The notes beneath the pieces are model-generated. The model ran no database searches, had not been told where the DNA came from, and saw only the letters and a list, made by a program, of their open reading frames with translations. A program made the position numbers and the translations under genes. A DNA stretch of 64,000 nucleotides from an uncultured Bacilli bacterium (GTDB taxonomy: Bacteria; Bacillota_I; Bacilli_A; RF39; UBA660), in NCBI GenBank assembly GCA_934162325.1, contig CAKPIH010000001.1, positions 4,490-68,489 of the forward strand. Reading direction: 5' to 3'. Of the stretch, positions 8,725-19,101 are shown in pieces; within the stretch, counting starts at the first letter, position 1; the number at the start of each line of letters is the position of its first letter.

Positions 8725-10098
8725 TTAATATTCACAATTACCAGGAGTTCTAGGATAAGGAATAACATCTCTAATATTATCAACACCAGTTAGATAAATA
8801 AGAAGTCTCTCAAATCCCATACCAAATCCACTGTGGTAGCAGCCACCAAATTTACGAAGATTTAAGTACCATTCCATACCTTCTTCTTCCATGCCAAGTT
8901 CTTCCATTCTCTTAAGTAGAACATCAAGTTTCTCTTCTCTTTGACTTCCACCCATAAGTTCACCAGCACCAGGTACTTCAAGGTCAACAGCGGCTACTGT
9001 TTCATTATCATCATTAAGCTTCATATAGAAGGCTTTGATATCTTTAGGCCAATTTTTAATAAATACTGGTCCATCAAAATATTCAGTAATATATTTTTCA
9101 TGTTCTTTAGCAATATCTTCACCATATTCAGGTTCAAATTCCCATTTAACATCAGCTTCTTTAAGAATTTTAATAACATCTTTATGATCAATTCTAACAA
9201 AATGACTATTAATTAATTTAGTAAGTTTTTCAATTAAACCTTTTTCTACAAATTTATCAAAAAATTCCATTTCATTAGGACAATTATCTAAAACATACTT
9301 AACAACATACTTAAGCATATCTTCCATAATATCCATATCCATATTTAAGTCACAGAAGGCAATCTCCGGTTCAATCATCCAAAATTCCGAAGCATGAGTT
9401 TTAGTATTAGAATTTTCTGCTCTAAAAGTAGGACCAAAAGTATAAATCTTTTTATAAGCCATAGCAAAAGTTTCACCTTCTAATTGACCTGATACTGTAA
9501 GAGAAGCCATCTTGCCAAAGAAGTCTTTATCATAATCAACTTTACCAGTTTCTGCTACTTTGTTTAAATCCAAAGTAGTAACTTGGAACATCTCTCCTGC
9601 TCCTTCACAGTCAGAAGAAGTAATTAAAGGTGCATGAAAATATACATAACCATTATCTTGGAAATACTTATGAATAGCATAAGCTGCCACGCTTCTAACT
9701 CTAAATACAGCATTAAATAAATTAGTTCTAGGTCTTAAATAAGCAATATCCCTTAAAAATTCTCTTGTTGGTCTACCTTTTGCTTGAAGAGGATAATCAT
9801 CAGGACAATCACCTTCTAATACAAATGATGAAAGTACAAGTTCAAAATCTTGACCTTCTTTAGGAGATTCAACTAACTTACCAGTAACAGTAATAGCACT
9901 ACCTAATTTAAGTTTGGTAATATCATCAAATTTTTTTAATTTATCATCATATACAACTTGTAAATTTTTAAAACAAGTACCATCAGATAAGTCTATAAAG
10001 CCAAAATGAGCCTGCTTTCTATGACTTTTAATCCAACCACTAACAGTAATTTCTTTACCAATATAACTCTCTTTATATAAATCTTTAACATCTAACAT
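8725..10098 (-). CDS. asnS: Asparagine--tRNA ligase
   Basis: Class II aaRS motif 3 GFGMGFERLLIYLTG and an N-terminal OB fold VSGWIKSHR. 457 aa. GAAGGAAG SD before MLDVKDL. Confidence 0.9.
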   Translation of the reverse strand: MLDVKDLYKESYIGKEITVSGWIKSHRKQAHFGFIDLSDGTCFKNLQVVYDDKLKKFDDITKLKLGSAITVTGKLVESPKEGQDFELVLSSFVLEGDCPDDYPLQAKGRPTREFLRDIAYLRPRTNLFNAVFRVRSVAAYAIHKYFQDNGYVYFHAPLITSSDCEGAGEMFQVTTLDLNKVAETGKVDYDKDFFGKMASLTVSGQLEGETFAMAYKKIYTFGPTFRAENSNTKTHASEFWMIEPEIAFCDLNMDMDIMEDMLKYVVKYVLDNCPNEMEFFDKFVEKGLIEKLTKLINSHFVRIDHKDVIKILKEADVKWEFEPEYGEDIAKEHEKYITEYFDGPVFIKNWPKDIKAFYMKLNDDNETVAAVDLEVPGAGELMGGSQREEKLDVLLKRMEELGMEEEGMEWYLNLRKFGGCYHSGFGMGFERLLIYLTGVDNIRDVIPYPRTPGNCEY

Positions 10099-10118
10099 AA
10101 TATATCTTCCTTCTTTCA

Positions 10119-10469
10119 TTAATTAAACTTTTTATTAATAATACTAGCAGACCTTCTAACATCTTTCATAATCTTATTATAAAGTCCAGGATAATGTCTA
10201 AGTTCTGTAATAAAACTAACATCGTCGTAGGAGACTGATCCAACATAAGATCTGTTTGCATCGTCCCATACCGGAACTTCCCTCCCAAGTAAGTAATCAG
10301 TAGTAGTCTCAAGAACTTCCGCTAATCTAATAAGTTTTTCTAAATTAGGAATTCTAGTCCCATTCTCATAACCACATACTGATACTTTAGTAACACCAAT
10401 AGCTAATCCTAAATCTTGTTGTGATAAACCTCTTTTTATTCTCAGTTCTCTTACTCTTTTACCAACCAT
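10119..10469 (-). CDS. XRE-family HTH transcriptional regulator
   Basis: HTH_3 block LRIKRGLSQQDLGLAIGVTKVSVCGYENG. By eye, noticeably more GC-rich than its neighbours. Confidence 0.8.
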   Translation of the reverse strand: MVGKRVRELRIKRGLSQQDLGLAIGVTKVSVCGYENGTRIPNLEKLIRLAEVLETTTDYLLGREVPVWDDANRSYVGSVSYDDVSFITELRHYPGLYNKIMKDVRRSASIINKKFN

Positions 10470-10652
10470 TTTGTTTACCTTCCTTATAATTAGTTATCTC
10501 CTTGTTAATAATATTTTATAACAATTTATAACAAAAGTCTACAAAATTAATTATAAAATTACTTATTTTTCTTAATTTACCAAATAAATTACCAATATAT
10601 ATTATAATTTATTCATGGATATAATCTTTCATAATACAAAATAAATAGAAAT

Positions 10653-10685
10653 AAGACTTATTCCAAAACACTTGGAGTAAGCCTT
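10653..10685. terminator. Hairpin aagacttattcc/ggagtaagcctt overlapping the stop of the membrane-protein gene
   Basis: Imperfect 12-bp stem followed on the minus strand by a T-rich tract. Confidence 0.35.
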
Positions 10686-11740
10686 ATTTTACTATCATCA
10701 CCTAAATAATTTAAAGTAAATTTACTATTCTTATCTTCACTATTAATATTATATACAAAAATATATTCATTATATTTATTCGTAGCAAGTTCTTCTCTTT
10801 TATATCCTGTACCAATATCATCAAAGTAATAATAATATTTAAGACTAGGAATATAATCATTATCTTTACTTTTTAAAACAAAATTATCTAATTTAAAATT
10901 ATATTTACTAATCTTACCTTTAGTACTAAACTTAACAATAACATAAGCATTATCTCTACTTATTCTATTTCTATCAGATACATAAGAATCAATAACTTTA
11001 AAATTAAAATATCTTGTAGATAACATTTGTTTTTCACTTAACGTACCATGAATAACAAATTTATTAAATGGAAATATAAGTATAAGAATAACTGCTACTA
11101 CACCTAATATAATATTTATAAAAAACTTATTCTCTGCATAATAATATTTAAGTTCTCTAATGCCTCTTCTACCAGTAGTAAGTATTTTATCCGAAGATAA
11201 ATTAGTACTAATTTCAATCTCTTCACTATCTTCTTTACTAAGATTAAGATCTTGCAAATCTTTATTAAAATTAAATTTCTTAATATCAAAGCCTAATCCT
11301 CTAATTAAAGTAGGAATACACATAATAAATAACATCCAATAATTAAATCTACTAATATCTCTAAGCAATCTAATCTCTCTAGCGGCCATACTAGTACCTT
11401 CCAAAGCCTTAATATTACCATATAAATATAAGAATAATATCATTGATATAACACTAACTATTGAAGTAATAACATAAAATAATTTAGGCTTCTTTTTATA
11501 TCTCATTAAAAAGAATATAATTATTGATATACCAATTATTAAAATTGAAAATATAAATATCCATACATTAATATAATCACTAGATATAATCTCCATACTA
11601 CCTTTATAATTAATATAATCTTTAAAAAAAGTTAATATACTATTAGCTTTAAAAGTAATATAAGCAAATAATATAAAAAGAATAATATGTATTAATCTAA
11701 AATATTTAATTAAAAAAGCATAAGGTCTTCTAAATACCAT
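10658..11740 (-). CDS. Polytopic membrane protein with C-terminal extracellular domain, unknown function
   Basis: Several N-terminal hydrophobic helices followed by a roughly 150-aa hydrophilic tail. Confidence 0.6.
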   Translation of the reverse strand: MVFRRPYAFLIKYFRLIHIILFILFAYITFKANSILTFFKDYINYKGSMEIISSDYINVWIFIFSILIIGISIIIFFLMRYKKKPKLFYVITSIVSVISMILFLYLYGNIKALEGTSMAAREIRLLRDISRFNYWMLFIMCIPTLIRGLGFDIKKFNFNKDLQDLNLSKEDSEEIEISTNLSSDKILTTGRRGIRELKYYYAENKFFINIILGVVAVILILIFPFNKFVIHGTLSEKQMLSTRYFNFKVIDSYVSDRNRISRDNAYVIVKFSTKGKISKYNFKLDNFVLKSKDNDYIPSLKYYYYFDDIGTGYKREELATNKYNEYIFVYNINSEDKNSKFTLNYLGDDSKIRLTPSVLE

Positions 11741-11806
11741 AATAACAACTCTCCTATCATAATTAAATTATACACTAAATAACTAAATATATCAATACTT
11801 TCCTTT

Positions 11807-11859
11807 CACTAAAAGCCAAGGTCTTTTAGTGTCATTTCCAGCCTCTTAGTCTAGAAATG
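11807..11859. repeat. Tandem-hairpin element (instance 2)
   Basis: Hairpins cactaaaag[ccaaggt]cttttagtg and catttc[cagcctcttagtcta]gaaatg. About 80% identical to instance 3, with compensatory stem changes. Confidence 0.5.
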
Positions 11860-11924
11860 AAACATCATTATGTCTATCATATATAGGTCAAAAAAACTAT
11901 AAGTAATTCCTTATAGTTAAAAAG

Positions 11925-12362
11925 TTAATCTTTATATACAATTAATTGTCCTTCTCTTAAATAAATATTTTTATTTTGTCTTAAAAGATTATTAATATTA
12001 CTACCAAGTAATTTGTTAACTGAAGATAGTGTATCATTATCTTTAGTAAAATAATACTTAACATCTTTCTTAGGAACTAATATTGTTGTATCAGGATAAA
12101 TATAATCATTAGTACTAATACCATTAAGCATAGCAAGTAAATTATAATCTGTATTATATTTTCTTGCTATTTCATATAAAGAATCTCCTTTCTTTATCGT
12201 ATAAATATCAAAGTATTGATTAGTTACTGGTACTACTATCATACTACCAACCCCAAATCCACTATTAGGATTTAATTGTCTAATAACACTACTATTAGTT
12301 CCAAACTTATTAGCAATAGCATCTATTGTATCTCCAGCCATAATTTGATAAACATCATACAT
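11925..12362 (-). CDS. LysM-domain peptidoglycan-binding protein
   Basis: Two clear LysM repeats (YQIMAGDTIDAIANKFG.. and YTIKKGDSLYEIARKYN..) plus a third degenerate one. GGGAGGA SD before the MYDVYQIM start. Confidence 0.8.
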   Translation of the reverse strand: MYDVYQIMAGDTIDAIANKFGTNSSVIRQLNPNSGFGVGSMIVVPVTNQYFDIYTIKKGDSLYEIARKYNTDYNLLAMLNGISTNDYIYPDTTILVPKKDVKYYFTKDNDTLSSVNKLLGSNINNLLRQNKNIYLREGQLIVYKD

Positions 12363-12398
12363 AATTATTCCTCCCATATTATCGTATGATAAATATCA

Positions 12399-13349
12399 TT
12401 ATTTGTGAACAAGTTCTCCTCTAGGACATCTATTTCCCCAAGAATCAATAATTTTATTATCTCTCATAACTTTAATAATCTCACAATTGTTAGAGCAGCC
12501 TTTACATTCTGTTCCTTTAGTTTCAAAAACAATATCTTCTATATCAAAAGAAAAATCAATTTCTTCTTCTGCCATCGATAAAATAGCTACTCCTAAAGCA
12601 CCAGTCAAATGAGAATTATTATCAACATATACTTTATATCCAGTAATTTTTTCAAAAGCCTTAACTACCCCAATATTTTTCGATACTCCGCCTTGAAATA
12701 CAATTGGTGGTTTAATTTTTTTACCTTTACCAACATTATTTAAATAATTATTAACAACCGCTTCACAAAGACCCGCTATTATATCTTCTTTTTTATGTCC
12801 TATTTGTGATTTATGTACTAAGTCAGATTCTGCAAATACTGTACATCTAGCAGCTATCTTAGTAGGATTATCACTAGTAAGTGCTATCTTACCAAAGTCT
12901 TCAATAGGAATACCAAGTCTTTTAGCCTGACTAGATAAAAAAGAACCCGTACCAGCAGCACATAAAGTATTCATTGCATAATCAGTAACAATACCATTAT
13001 CAATAATAATAATCTTCGAATCTTGCCCTCCTATCTCAAATATCGTCTTAACATTAGGATATATACTCATAGCTCCTATAGCATGAGCAGTAATTTCATT
13101 CTTAATAGTATTAGCTCCTAGTATTGTTCCAATTAATTTTCTAGCAGAACCAGTTGTACCTACTCCTACAACCTTATATTTATTTAAGTCTATATTATTC
13201 TTAAGTTCCCTAATAACTCTCTTACTAGCCAAGATAGGATTACCTTCAGTATATAAATATGAACTTGCTATAATATTATTATTTTCATCAATAACAACCC
13301 CTTTAGTAGATATACTACCAATATCAATTCCTAAATACGCCTTTTTCAT
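12399..13349 (-). CDS. BadF/BadG/BcrA/BcrD-type ATPase (CoA-enzyme activase-like) with C-terminal Cys cluster
   Basis: N-terminus LGIDIGSISTKGVV with an ASKHA fold. C-terminal cysteine motif CKGCSNNCEI...GNRCPRG. Confidence 0.65.
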   Translation of the reverse strand: MKKAYLGIDIGSISTKGVVIDENNNIIASSYLYTEGNPILASKRVIRELKNNIDLNKYKVVGVGTTGSARKLIGTILGANTIKNEITAHAIGAMSIYPNVKTIFEIGGQDSKIIIIDNGIVTDYAMNTLCAAGTGSFLSSQAKRLGIPIEDFGKIALTSDNPTKIAARCTVFAESDLVHKSQIGHKKEDIIAGLCEAVVNNYLNNVGKGKKIKPPIVFQGGVSKNIGVVKAFEKITGYKVYVDNNSHLTGALGVAILSMAEEEIDFSFDIEDIVFETKGTECKGCSNNCEIIKVMRDNKIIDSWGNRCPRGELVHK

Positions 13350-13400
13350 TTTCCACCTCAAAATAATTATATGAGATAAAAATTAAAAAAGATGTCGAAT

Positions 13401-13886
13401 TTAGACATCAATTTTATCTTTTAAACAAGTATACTTAACTCCACAAGCATCAAGCATCTTTTTAGAAGCAATAACTTCTTTAGTATCTTTATATTTATCC
13501 TCTAAATAATATAATTCTTTAATACCAACTTGAATAATTTCCTTTGCACACTCATTACAAGGAAATAAATCAACATATATTTTTGCTCCTTCTAAATCTT
13601 TATTACTACCTCTATAATTTAGTATAGCATTTCTTTCAGCATGAACAACATAAAGATATTTAGTTTCAAGTGCATCACCTTCTCTATCCCAAGGAAAATA
13701 ATGATCATCATATCCATTTGGAGTACCATTATATCCTACTGATAAAATTCTATTATTTTTACTTACAATACAAGCACCAACTTGTGTATTAGGATCCTTA
13801 CTTCTTCTTGCAGCAAGTTTAGCAACCCCCATAAAGAATTCATCCCAAGATAAGTAATCTTTTCTTTGTTTATTAACCTTCTTCAT
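13401..13886 (-). CDS. comEB: dCMP deaminase (ComEB-like)
   Basis: Zinc-binding motifs HAERNAI and PCNECAKEI. About 160 aa. Confidence 0.85.
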   Translation of the reverse strand: MKKVNKQRKDYLSWDEFFMGVAKLAARRSKDPNTQVGACIVSKNNRILSVGYNGTPNGYDDHYFPWDREGDALETKYLYVVHAERNAILNYRGSNKDLEGAKIYVDLFPCNECAKEIIQVGIKELYYLEDKYKDTKEVIASKKMLDACGVKYTCLKDKIDV

Positions 13887-13983
13887 TATAATACCTCCAT
13901 CCATATAATCAATTATATCATAAAATTACATAATAAATATAGATAAATTTAAAATTTATTGTTATAATATAAGAGGTGGTAAC

Positions 13984-14667
13984 ATGAAAAATAAAATTAA
14001 AAATATCTTTAAAAGCATTGGTATAATATTATTACTATTATGCTTTAATTCAGTTATGTTTAGTATATTTAATATTAACTTAAAATCATTATCAGAAAAA
14101 GAATATCTAATATATACTGTTTTATTTGAATTAGTATTATTAATAATATTTATCATAATATATCATAAAACACTATTAAAAAATGGAAAAGAATACTTTA
14201 AAAACTTTTCCGAAAACTTTAAACAATCATTTAAATATTGGCTAGTAGGCTTTATTGTTATGGCTACTAGTAATATTATAATAACCTTTGTATTAAAACA
14301 AACAATCGCAGGTAATGAAGAACTAGTAAGAAGCTATATTGATACATCTCCTCTATTAATGATATTTAGTACTGTAATATATGCCCCTATATGTGAAGAA
14401 TTAACTTTTAGAAAAAGTATTAAAGATGCTATAAATAATAAATATATTTATATTTTAACAAGTGGTTTATTATTTGGTTTCTTACATATAGTAAGTTATA
14501 TAAATACCCCTCTAGATTTAGTATATCTAATACCTTATACTTCATTAGGAATAGTATTTGCTACTCTTTACTATAAAACAAATAATATCTTTTCTACTAT
14601 TACTATTCATGCTATGCATAATGCTCTATCAGTTCTAGTATATCTTTCACTAGGAGGCCTATCATGA
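13984..14667 (+). CDS. CPBP (CAAX) family intramembrane metalloprotease
   Basis: Diagnostic EELTFRKS (EExxxR), FGFLH and HAMHN motifs in a multi-TM protein. Confidence 0.8.
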   Translation: MKNKIKNIFKSIGIILLLLCFNSVMFSIFNINLKSLSEKEYLIYTVLFELVLLIIFIIIYHKTLLKNGKEYFKNFSENFKQSFKYWLVGFIVMATSNIIITFVLKQTIAGNEELVRSYIDTSPLLMIFSTVIYAPICEELTFRKSIKDAINNKYIYILTSGLLFGFLHIVSYINTPLDLVYLIPYTSLGIVFATLYYKTNNIFSTITIHAMHNALSVLVYLSLGGLS

Positions 14668-15515
14668 AAAAATTTATAAGATTTCTATTAATATTATTCT
14701 TACTTATAGCACTAGTAGTAATTTATGCTAGATATGGTGGTACAGAAGGATTAAAAACTAAAGAATATACTATTGAAACTAAAGATATTGCTACTACATT
14801 TGATGGAATAAAAATAGTTCAGTTTAGTGACTTACATTATTTAAGAGTAACTAATAAAGATAAATTAAAACAAGTAGTAGAAGAAATAAATTTAATCAAT
14901 CCAGATATTGTATTTTTTACTGGAGACTTAATAGATAAAGACTTTACTACTACAGATAAAGATAAAGACGATTTAATTGAAGAATTAAATAATATAAAAT
15001 CAAAATATGGAAAATATGCTATCATTGGCAATCATGATCATGTTAAAGATATAGATTTATTAAAAGATATCTATACCAATAGTGGCTTTACTCTTTTACA
15101 AAATAGTTATGATATTATCTATGGTAAAGATAATGATAAACTATTTATTGGAGGTGTAGATACTTATAGTTATAATGAATCAGATATCGATAAAGTAATG
15201 AATTACTTTACTGATAATGAAGATATAAGTTATAAAATAATACTTACTCATGAACCAGATTATACTGATATAATTTTAAGTAAATATAAAGTAAACCTAA
15301 TATTAGCGGGTCATTCCCATAATGGTCAAATAAATATACCATATGTAAAAAAATTATTTTTACCATATGGTAGTAAAAAATATTATGAAAATTATTACAA
15401 AGTAAATGATACTGACTTATATGTATCAAGTGGTATTGGAGAATCAAGAATAAACTTTAGATTATTCAATAAACCATCAATTAACTTTTATAGAATAAAT
15501 AAATTAGGAGCATAA
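14664..15515 (+). CDS. Calcineurin-like metallophosphoesterase, membrane-anchored (YkuE-like)
   Basis: Motifs GDLID, GNHDH and GHSHNGQ. Start overlaps the CPBP stop by 4 nt. Confidence 0.8.
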   Translation: MKKFIRFLLILFLLIALVVIYARYGGTEGLKTKEYTIETKDIATTFDGIKIVQFSDLHYLRVTNKDKLKQVVEEINLINPDIVFFTGDLIDKDFTTTDKDKDDLIEELNNIKSKYGKYAIIGNHDHVKDIDLLKDIYTNSGFTLLQNSYDIIYGKDNDKLFIGGVDTYSYNESDIDKVMNYFTDNEDISYKIILTHEPDYTDIILSKYKVNLILAGHSHNGQINIPYVKKLFLPYGSKKYYENYYKVNDTDLYVSSGIGESRINFRLFNKPSINFYRINKLGA

Positions 15516-15518
15516 CCC

Positions 15519-16535
15519 CTAATTTATTTTTTCTTTATGTTCATTATATTCTTTACTTCCATAAGAAATAATACCTTCATAAGCAAGTCTAGAATAAGCA
15601 AAACATAAAGGTATATTATTTTCTCTGCATATATGTTCTAGATCATTAATATTAACTTTAATCTTATTCCAAGTATTACTATCAATCATTTCATTTAAAG
15701 CATAATTATCTATATTCTTCTCATTATCATCATCATTAATAATAATCTTATTTTTAAGTCTATTATAATCTTTTTTTACATGACCAAGTTCATGATATAA
15801 AGTAAAGTAAAAGCTAGCCTTCTCTTTAAAATATCTAGTAATATATATACAAGGATTATTTCCTTTTACCATAGAACATCCTCTAATCTTAGTACTAGGT
15901 AAAGCATCCTCGATAACTAAATAAATACCATATTTATTAAATAACTGAATAAGTTCTTCTTCATTAAATTTATTATTTCTAATTATTTTAAGTTCATTAA
16001 GTAATAAATTTAAATTACTACTTTTATAATCACTAATCTCCTTACCCATTATTATTCTATCACATCTTTTAATCCATAAATATATCTTATTAAGATCAGC
16101 ATCATCTTTCTTTTTATATAATATTTTCTTATTATAATATTTATTAATATTATCAAAATTAGATATACCAAGATAATCAAGTAAATCCAATGCATTCTGT
16201 GTATAAGAAGAACTATCTTTTAAAGTAATCCATTTTCTTTTACTCATTTCATTTATACAAAAAGTATTTAAATATTTATTAATTTCTTTTTCATTATCAA
16301 AATTACTATTCAAATAATCATATATTCTCTTTTTAGATTCAACATAAAATATCAAATTAACATCAATATCTGTAATTAAACTGATACCAAGCATTAATTC
16401 TTCTGATATATTAGTTTTACCACATAATATTTCATTCATATGCTTAGTAGAAATACCAAGTCTTTCTGCAAAATCAGTTTGTGATACTTTATAAAATTCT
16501 AAATAATCTCTTAACATACTTCCAAATCCTTGCAT
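15519..16535 (-). CDS. Fused XRE HTH and ImmA/IrrE (M78, DUF955) metallopeptidase regulator
   Basis: N-terminal HTH VSQTDFAERLGISTKHMNEILCGK. C-terminal HEXXH motif YHELGHV. Confidence 0.75.
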   Translation of the reverse strand: MQGFGSMLRDYLEFYKVSQTDFAERLGISTKHMNEILCGKTNISEELMLGISLITDIDVNLIFYVESKKRIYDYLNSNFDNEKEINKYLNTFCINEMSKRKWITLKDSSSYTQNALDLLDYLGISNFDNINKYYNKKILYKKKDDADLNKIYLWIKRCDRIIMGKEISDYKSSNLNLLLNELKIIRNNKFNEEELIQLFNKYGIYLVIEDALPSTKIRGCSMVKGNNPCIYITRYFKEKASFYFTLYHELGHVKKDYNRLKNKIIINDDDNEKNIDNYALNEMIDSNTWNKIKVNINDLEHICRENNIPLCFAYSRLAYEGIISYGSKEYNEHKEKIN

Positions 16536-16602
16536 TATTCATCACCTTCTACACATATTATAACCCACAAAGTAATAATATGCAAGTAAAATTACAAAAA
16601 AA

Positions 16603-16623
16603 GAATAACAATCAACGTTATTC
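16603..16623. terminator. Intrinsic terminator downstream of lon
   Basis: Hairpin gaataac-aatcaac-gttattc preceded on the plus strand by an A7 run, which is a U-run on the minus strand. Confidence 0.4.
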
Positions 16624-16628
16624 TCAAA

Positions 16629-18923
16629 TTATTTAAACAAAGACTTATAAACATCCTCATAATCTTCAACTAATATAATATTAAGATTATCTCTTACTTC
16701 ACTAGGAAGTAAAGAAAATTCTTTAGAAGATTCAAGAGGTAAATAGACAGTATCAATACCATTCGTAGTAGCGGCAATCAACTTTTCTTTTAAGCCTCCT
16801 ACTGGAAGTATCTTTCCTCTTAGCGTAATCTCTCCTGTCATAGAAACATTATTAGGAATAATCTTATTCTTAAGTAAACTAAGTATAGCAGTAACAATAG
16901 TAACACCAGCAGAAGGACCATCTTTAGGAATACTTCCCTCCTCAATATGAAAGTGAAAATCTACTTCTTCAAATATTTTATAATCTATTTTAAACATCGT
17001 ATTATTAGCCTTAATATAACTAAGAGCAATATAAATACTTTCTTTAATAACATCTCCTAAAGCACCTGTCAAAGTAACATTACCTTTACCAGGATATAAA
17101 GTACAAGTAACTTTAAGAATATTACCACCATACATTGTATAAGCAAGACCATTAACAATACCAGTCTTAGTATTAGTATCATTAATAGTAATATTATATT
17201 TAGTAGCCCCTAAATAGGCTTCAACATCACCATTATCAATAACAATTTTACTGCTCTTATCATTATTAATAATAGCCTTTCTAATAATAGAATCAATCTG
17301 TCTATATAAATCTCTAGCTCCCGCCTCTTTAGTATAATAAGTAATAATTTTCTGAATAGCAGAGTCAGTAAACTTAATATTCTTAACCTTATATTCATTA
17401 AGTAAATCAGGAATTAAATGATATTTAGCAATATTAAGTTTTTCATATATTGTATAACTAGATAACTCAATAATCTCTAGTCTATCAAGTAAAGGGGCAG
17501 GTATACCACCAATATTATTTGCCGTAAGTATAAACATAACATTAGATAAATCAAATTCTTCTTCAATATAGTTATCACAAAACTTATCATTCTGTTCCTT
17601 ATCAAGAATCTCAAGAAGTGCACTAGCAGGATCACCCTTATAATCCTTAGTAAGCTTATCAACCTCATCAATTAAAAATACCGGATTAGAAGTATTAGCC
17701 TTCTTCATTTGTTGAATAATCTTACCAGGAGAAGCACCTACATAAGTTCTTCTATGACCTAATATTTCTGCTTCGTCATTAATACCACCAAGAGATACCT
17801 TAACAAAATCTTTATTCAAAGCCTTAGCAATACTACTAGCCAGTGAAGTCTTACCAACTCCAGGAGGACCAACTAAACATATAATAGGACTATTTGAAGT
17901 ATTAGTCTTTTTCTTTACTGCTATATATTCAATAATTCTCTTCTTAACACTCTCTAAACCAAAATGCGAATTATTAAGAACCTCAGTAATCTTTTTAACA
18001 TCAGTATTATCTTTAGATAACTTATTCCAAGGTAAGCAAAGAAGCCAATCAATATAAGTTCTAATCGTGGTAACCTCAGGAGATGCACTACTAGTAAGAG
18101 AATACCTATCAATCTCTTCATTAAGTCTCTTAATAATGCTTTCAGGTAAATCAAGACTATTCATTTTATTCCTAATCTTATCAATATCAGCATCTTTTAA
18201 ATCAACTTCTCCTAGTTCTTCTTTAATAAGTTTAATCTTCTCTCTAAGCATATATTCTTTTTGTTCTTCTTCAAGTTTAACTTTTAAATTATCTTCAATT
18301 TCATTCTCTAATCTAACTGTCTCAATCTCTTTAGACAAATCTAAAGTAATTTCTCTAATTCTATTCATAGGATTAGTAATACTAACATACTTTAATACTT
18401 CATTATATTCAAGAGGTAACTCAGACACAATAATATCAGATAACTTACTAATATTCTTAACCTCAGTAATTCTACCAATAACAGTATTAGACATATAAGG
18501 AGATATATCAATATACTCATCTAATTTACGATACAAAACTCTTCTTAAAGCAGAAGCTTCTACTTCATTATAATCATATTCCTTAGTAGAAATAACAAAT
18601 GCTGACAAAAAATCATTATTATTATTAATACTAACAATTTCCACTCTATCAATACCAGTCATAACTACTCTAGTAATACCATTAGGTAAATCAATCTTTG
18701 ATTTAATCTTACCTAATATTCCAATATCTGGTAAAGTATTATAATCAGGATCTTCTTCTAACGGATCATTTAAATTAATTAAAAGAACATAACCATCATA
18801 ATTACTTTCTGCCATATTAAGTATTTTTTTATCAATATCATTACTAAATTCAAGTCTAGTATCATTAAATGGAAGTAATACCACATCTCTAAGATATAAT
18901 ATAGGTAGATTAGTCTGAGTCAT
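16629..18923 (-). CDS. lon: ATP-dependent Lon protease
   Basis: Walker A GPPGVGKTS, Ser protease motif DGPSAGVT, and an N-terminal LON substrate-binding domain. 764 aa. Confidence 0.95.
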   Translation of the reverse strand: MTQTNLPILYLRDVVLLPFNDTRLEFSNDIDKKILNMAESNYDGYVLLINLNDPLEEDPDYNTLPDIGILGKIKSKIDLPNGITRVVMTGIDRVEIVSINNNNDFLSAFVISTKEYDYNEVEASALRRVLYRKLDEYIDISPYMSNTVIGRITEVKNISKLSDIIVSELPLEYNEVLKYVSITNPMNRIREITLDLSKEIETVRLENEIEDNLKVKLEEEQKEYMLREKIKLIKEELGEVDLKDADIDKIRNKMNSLDLPESIIKRLNEEIDRYSLTSSASPEVTTIRTYIDWLLCLPWNKLSKDNTDVKKITEVLNNSHFGLESVKKRIIEYIAVKKKTNTSNSPIICLVGPPGVGKTSLASSIAKALNKDFVKVSLGGINDEAEILGHRRTYVGASPGKIIQQMKKANTSNPVFLIDEVDKLTKDYKGDPASALLEILDKEQNDKFCDNYIEEEFDLSNVMFILTANNIGGIPAPLLDRLEIIELSSYTIYEKLNIAKYHLIPDLLNEYKVKNIKFTDSAIQKIITYYTKEAGARDLYRQIDSIIRKAIINNDKSSKIVIDNGDVEAYLGATKYNITINDTNTKTGIVNGLAYTMYGGNILKVTCTLYPGKGNVTLTGALGDVIKESIYIALSYIKANNTMFKIDYKIFEEVDFHFHIEEGSIPKDGPSAGVTIVTAILSLLKNKIIPNNVSMTGEITLRGKILPVGGLKEKLIAATTNGIDTVYLPLESSKEFSLLPSEVRDNLNIILVEDYEDVYKSLFK

Positions 18924-19074
18924 TTTATCTCCTCCTGATAGAAAAAATATCCCTCATAAATAATAATTTTATAAGAGATACATCACTTCCTTTTCTTGAC
19001 TATATATAATAACAATAAAATAAAAATATATCAACCCCTTTTTACGATTTTTTTACATTTTTTACAACTAAAAA

Positions 19075-19095
19075 GAGGTCAAATTTCTTGACCTC
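19075..19095. terminator. Intrinsic terminator downstream of ssbB-like gene
   Basis: Hairpin gaggtcaa-atttc-ttgacctc preceded on the plus strand by aaaaa. Confidence 0.45.
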
Positions 19096-19101
19096 AAACA
19101 A

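Noticed and set aside
8941-9216. 91-aa plus-strand ORF inside asnS
   Set aside because: Antisense to asnS. Phe/Ile-rich low-complexity sequence.
13962-14156. 64-aa minus-strand ORF overlapping the CPBP protease start
   Set aside because: Overlaps the promoter and 5' end of a well-supported plus-strand gene. No SD.
17210-18498. Several 60-140-aa ORFs on both strands inside lon
   Set aside because: All lie within the lon coding sequence. Leu/Ile/Ser-rich spurious frames.
15519-18923. Possible prophage or ICE remnant suggested by XRE-ImmA regulator
   Set aside because: No integrase, recombinase, terminase, capsid or att-like repeats anywhere in the window. Neighbours are core genes (lon, metallophosphoesterase).
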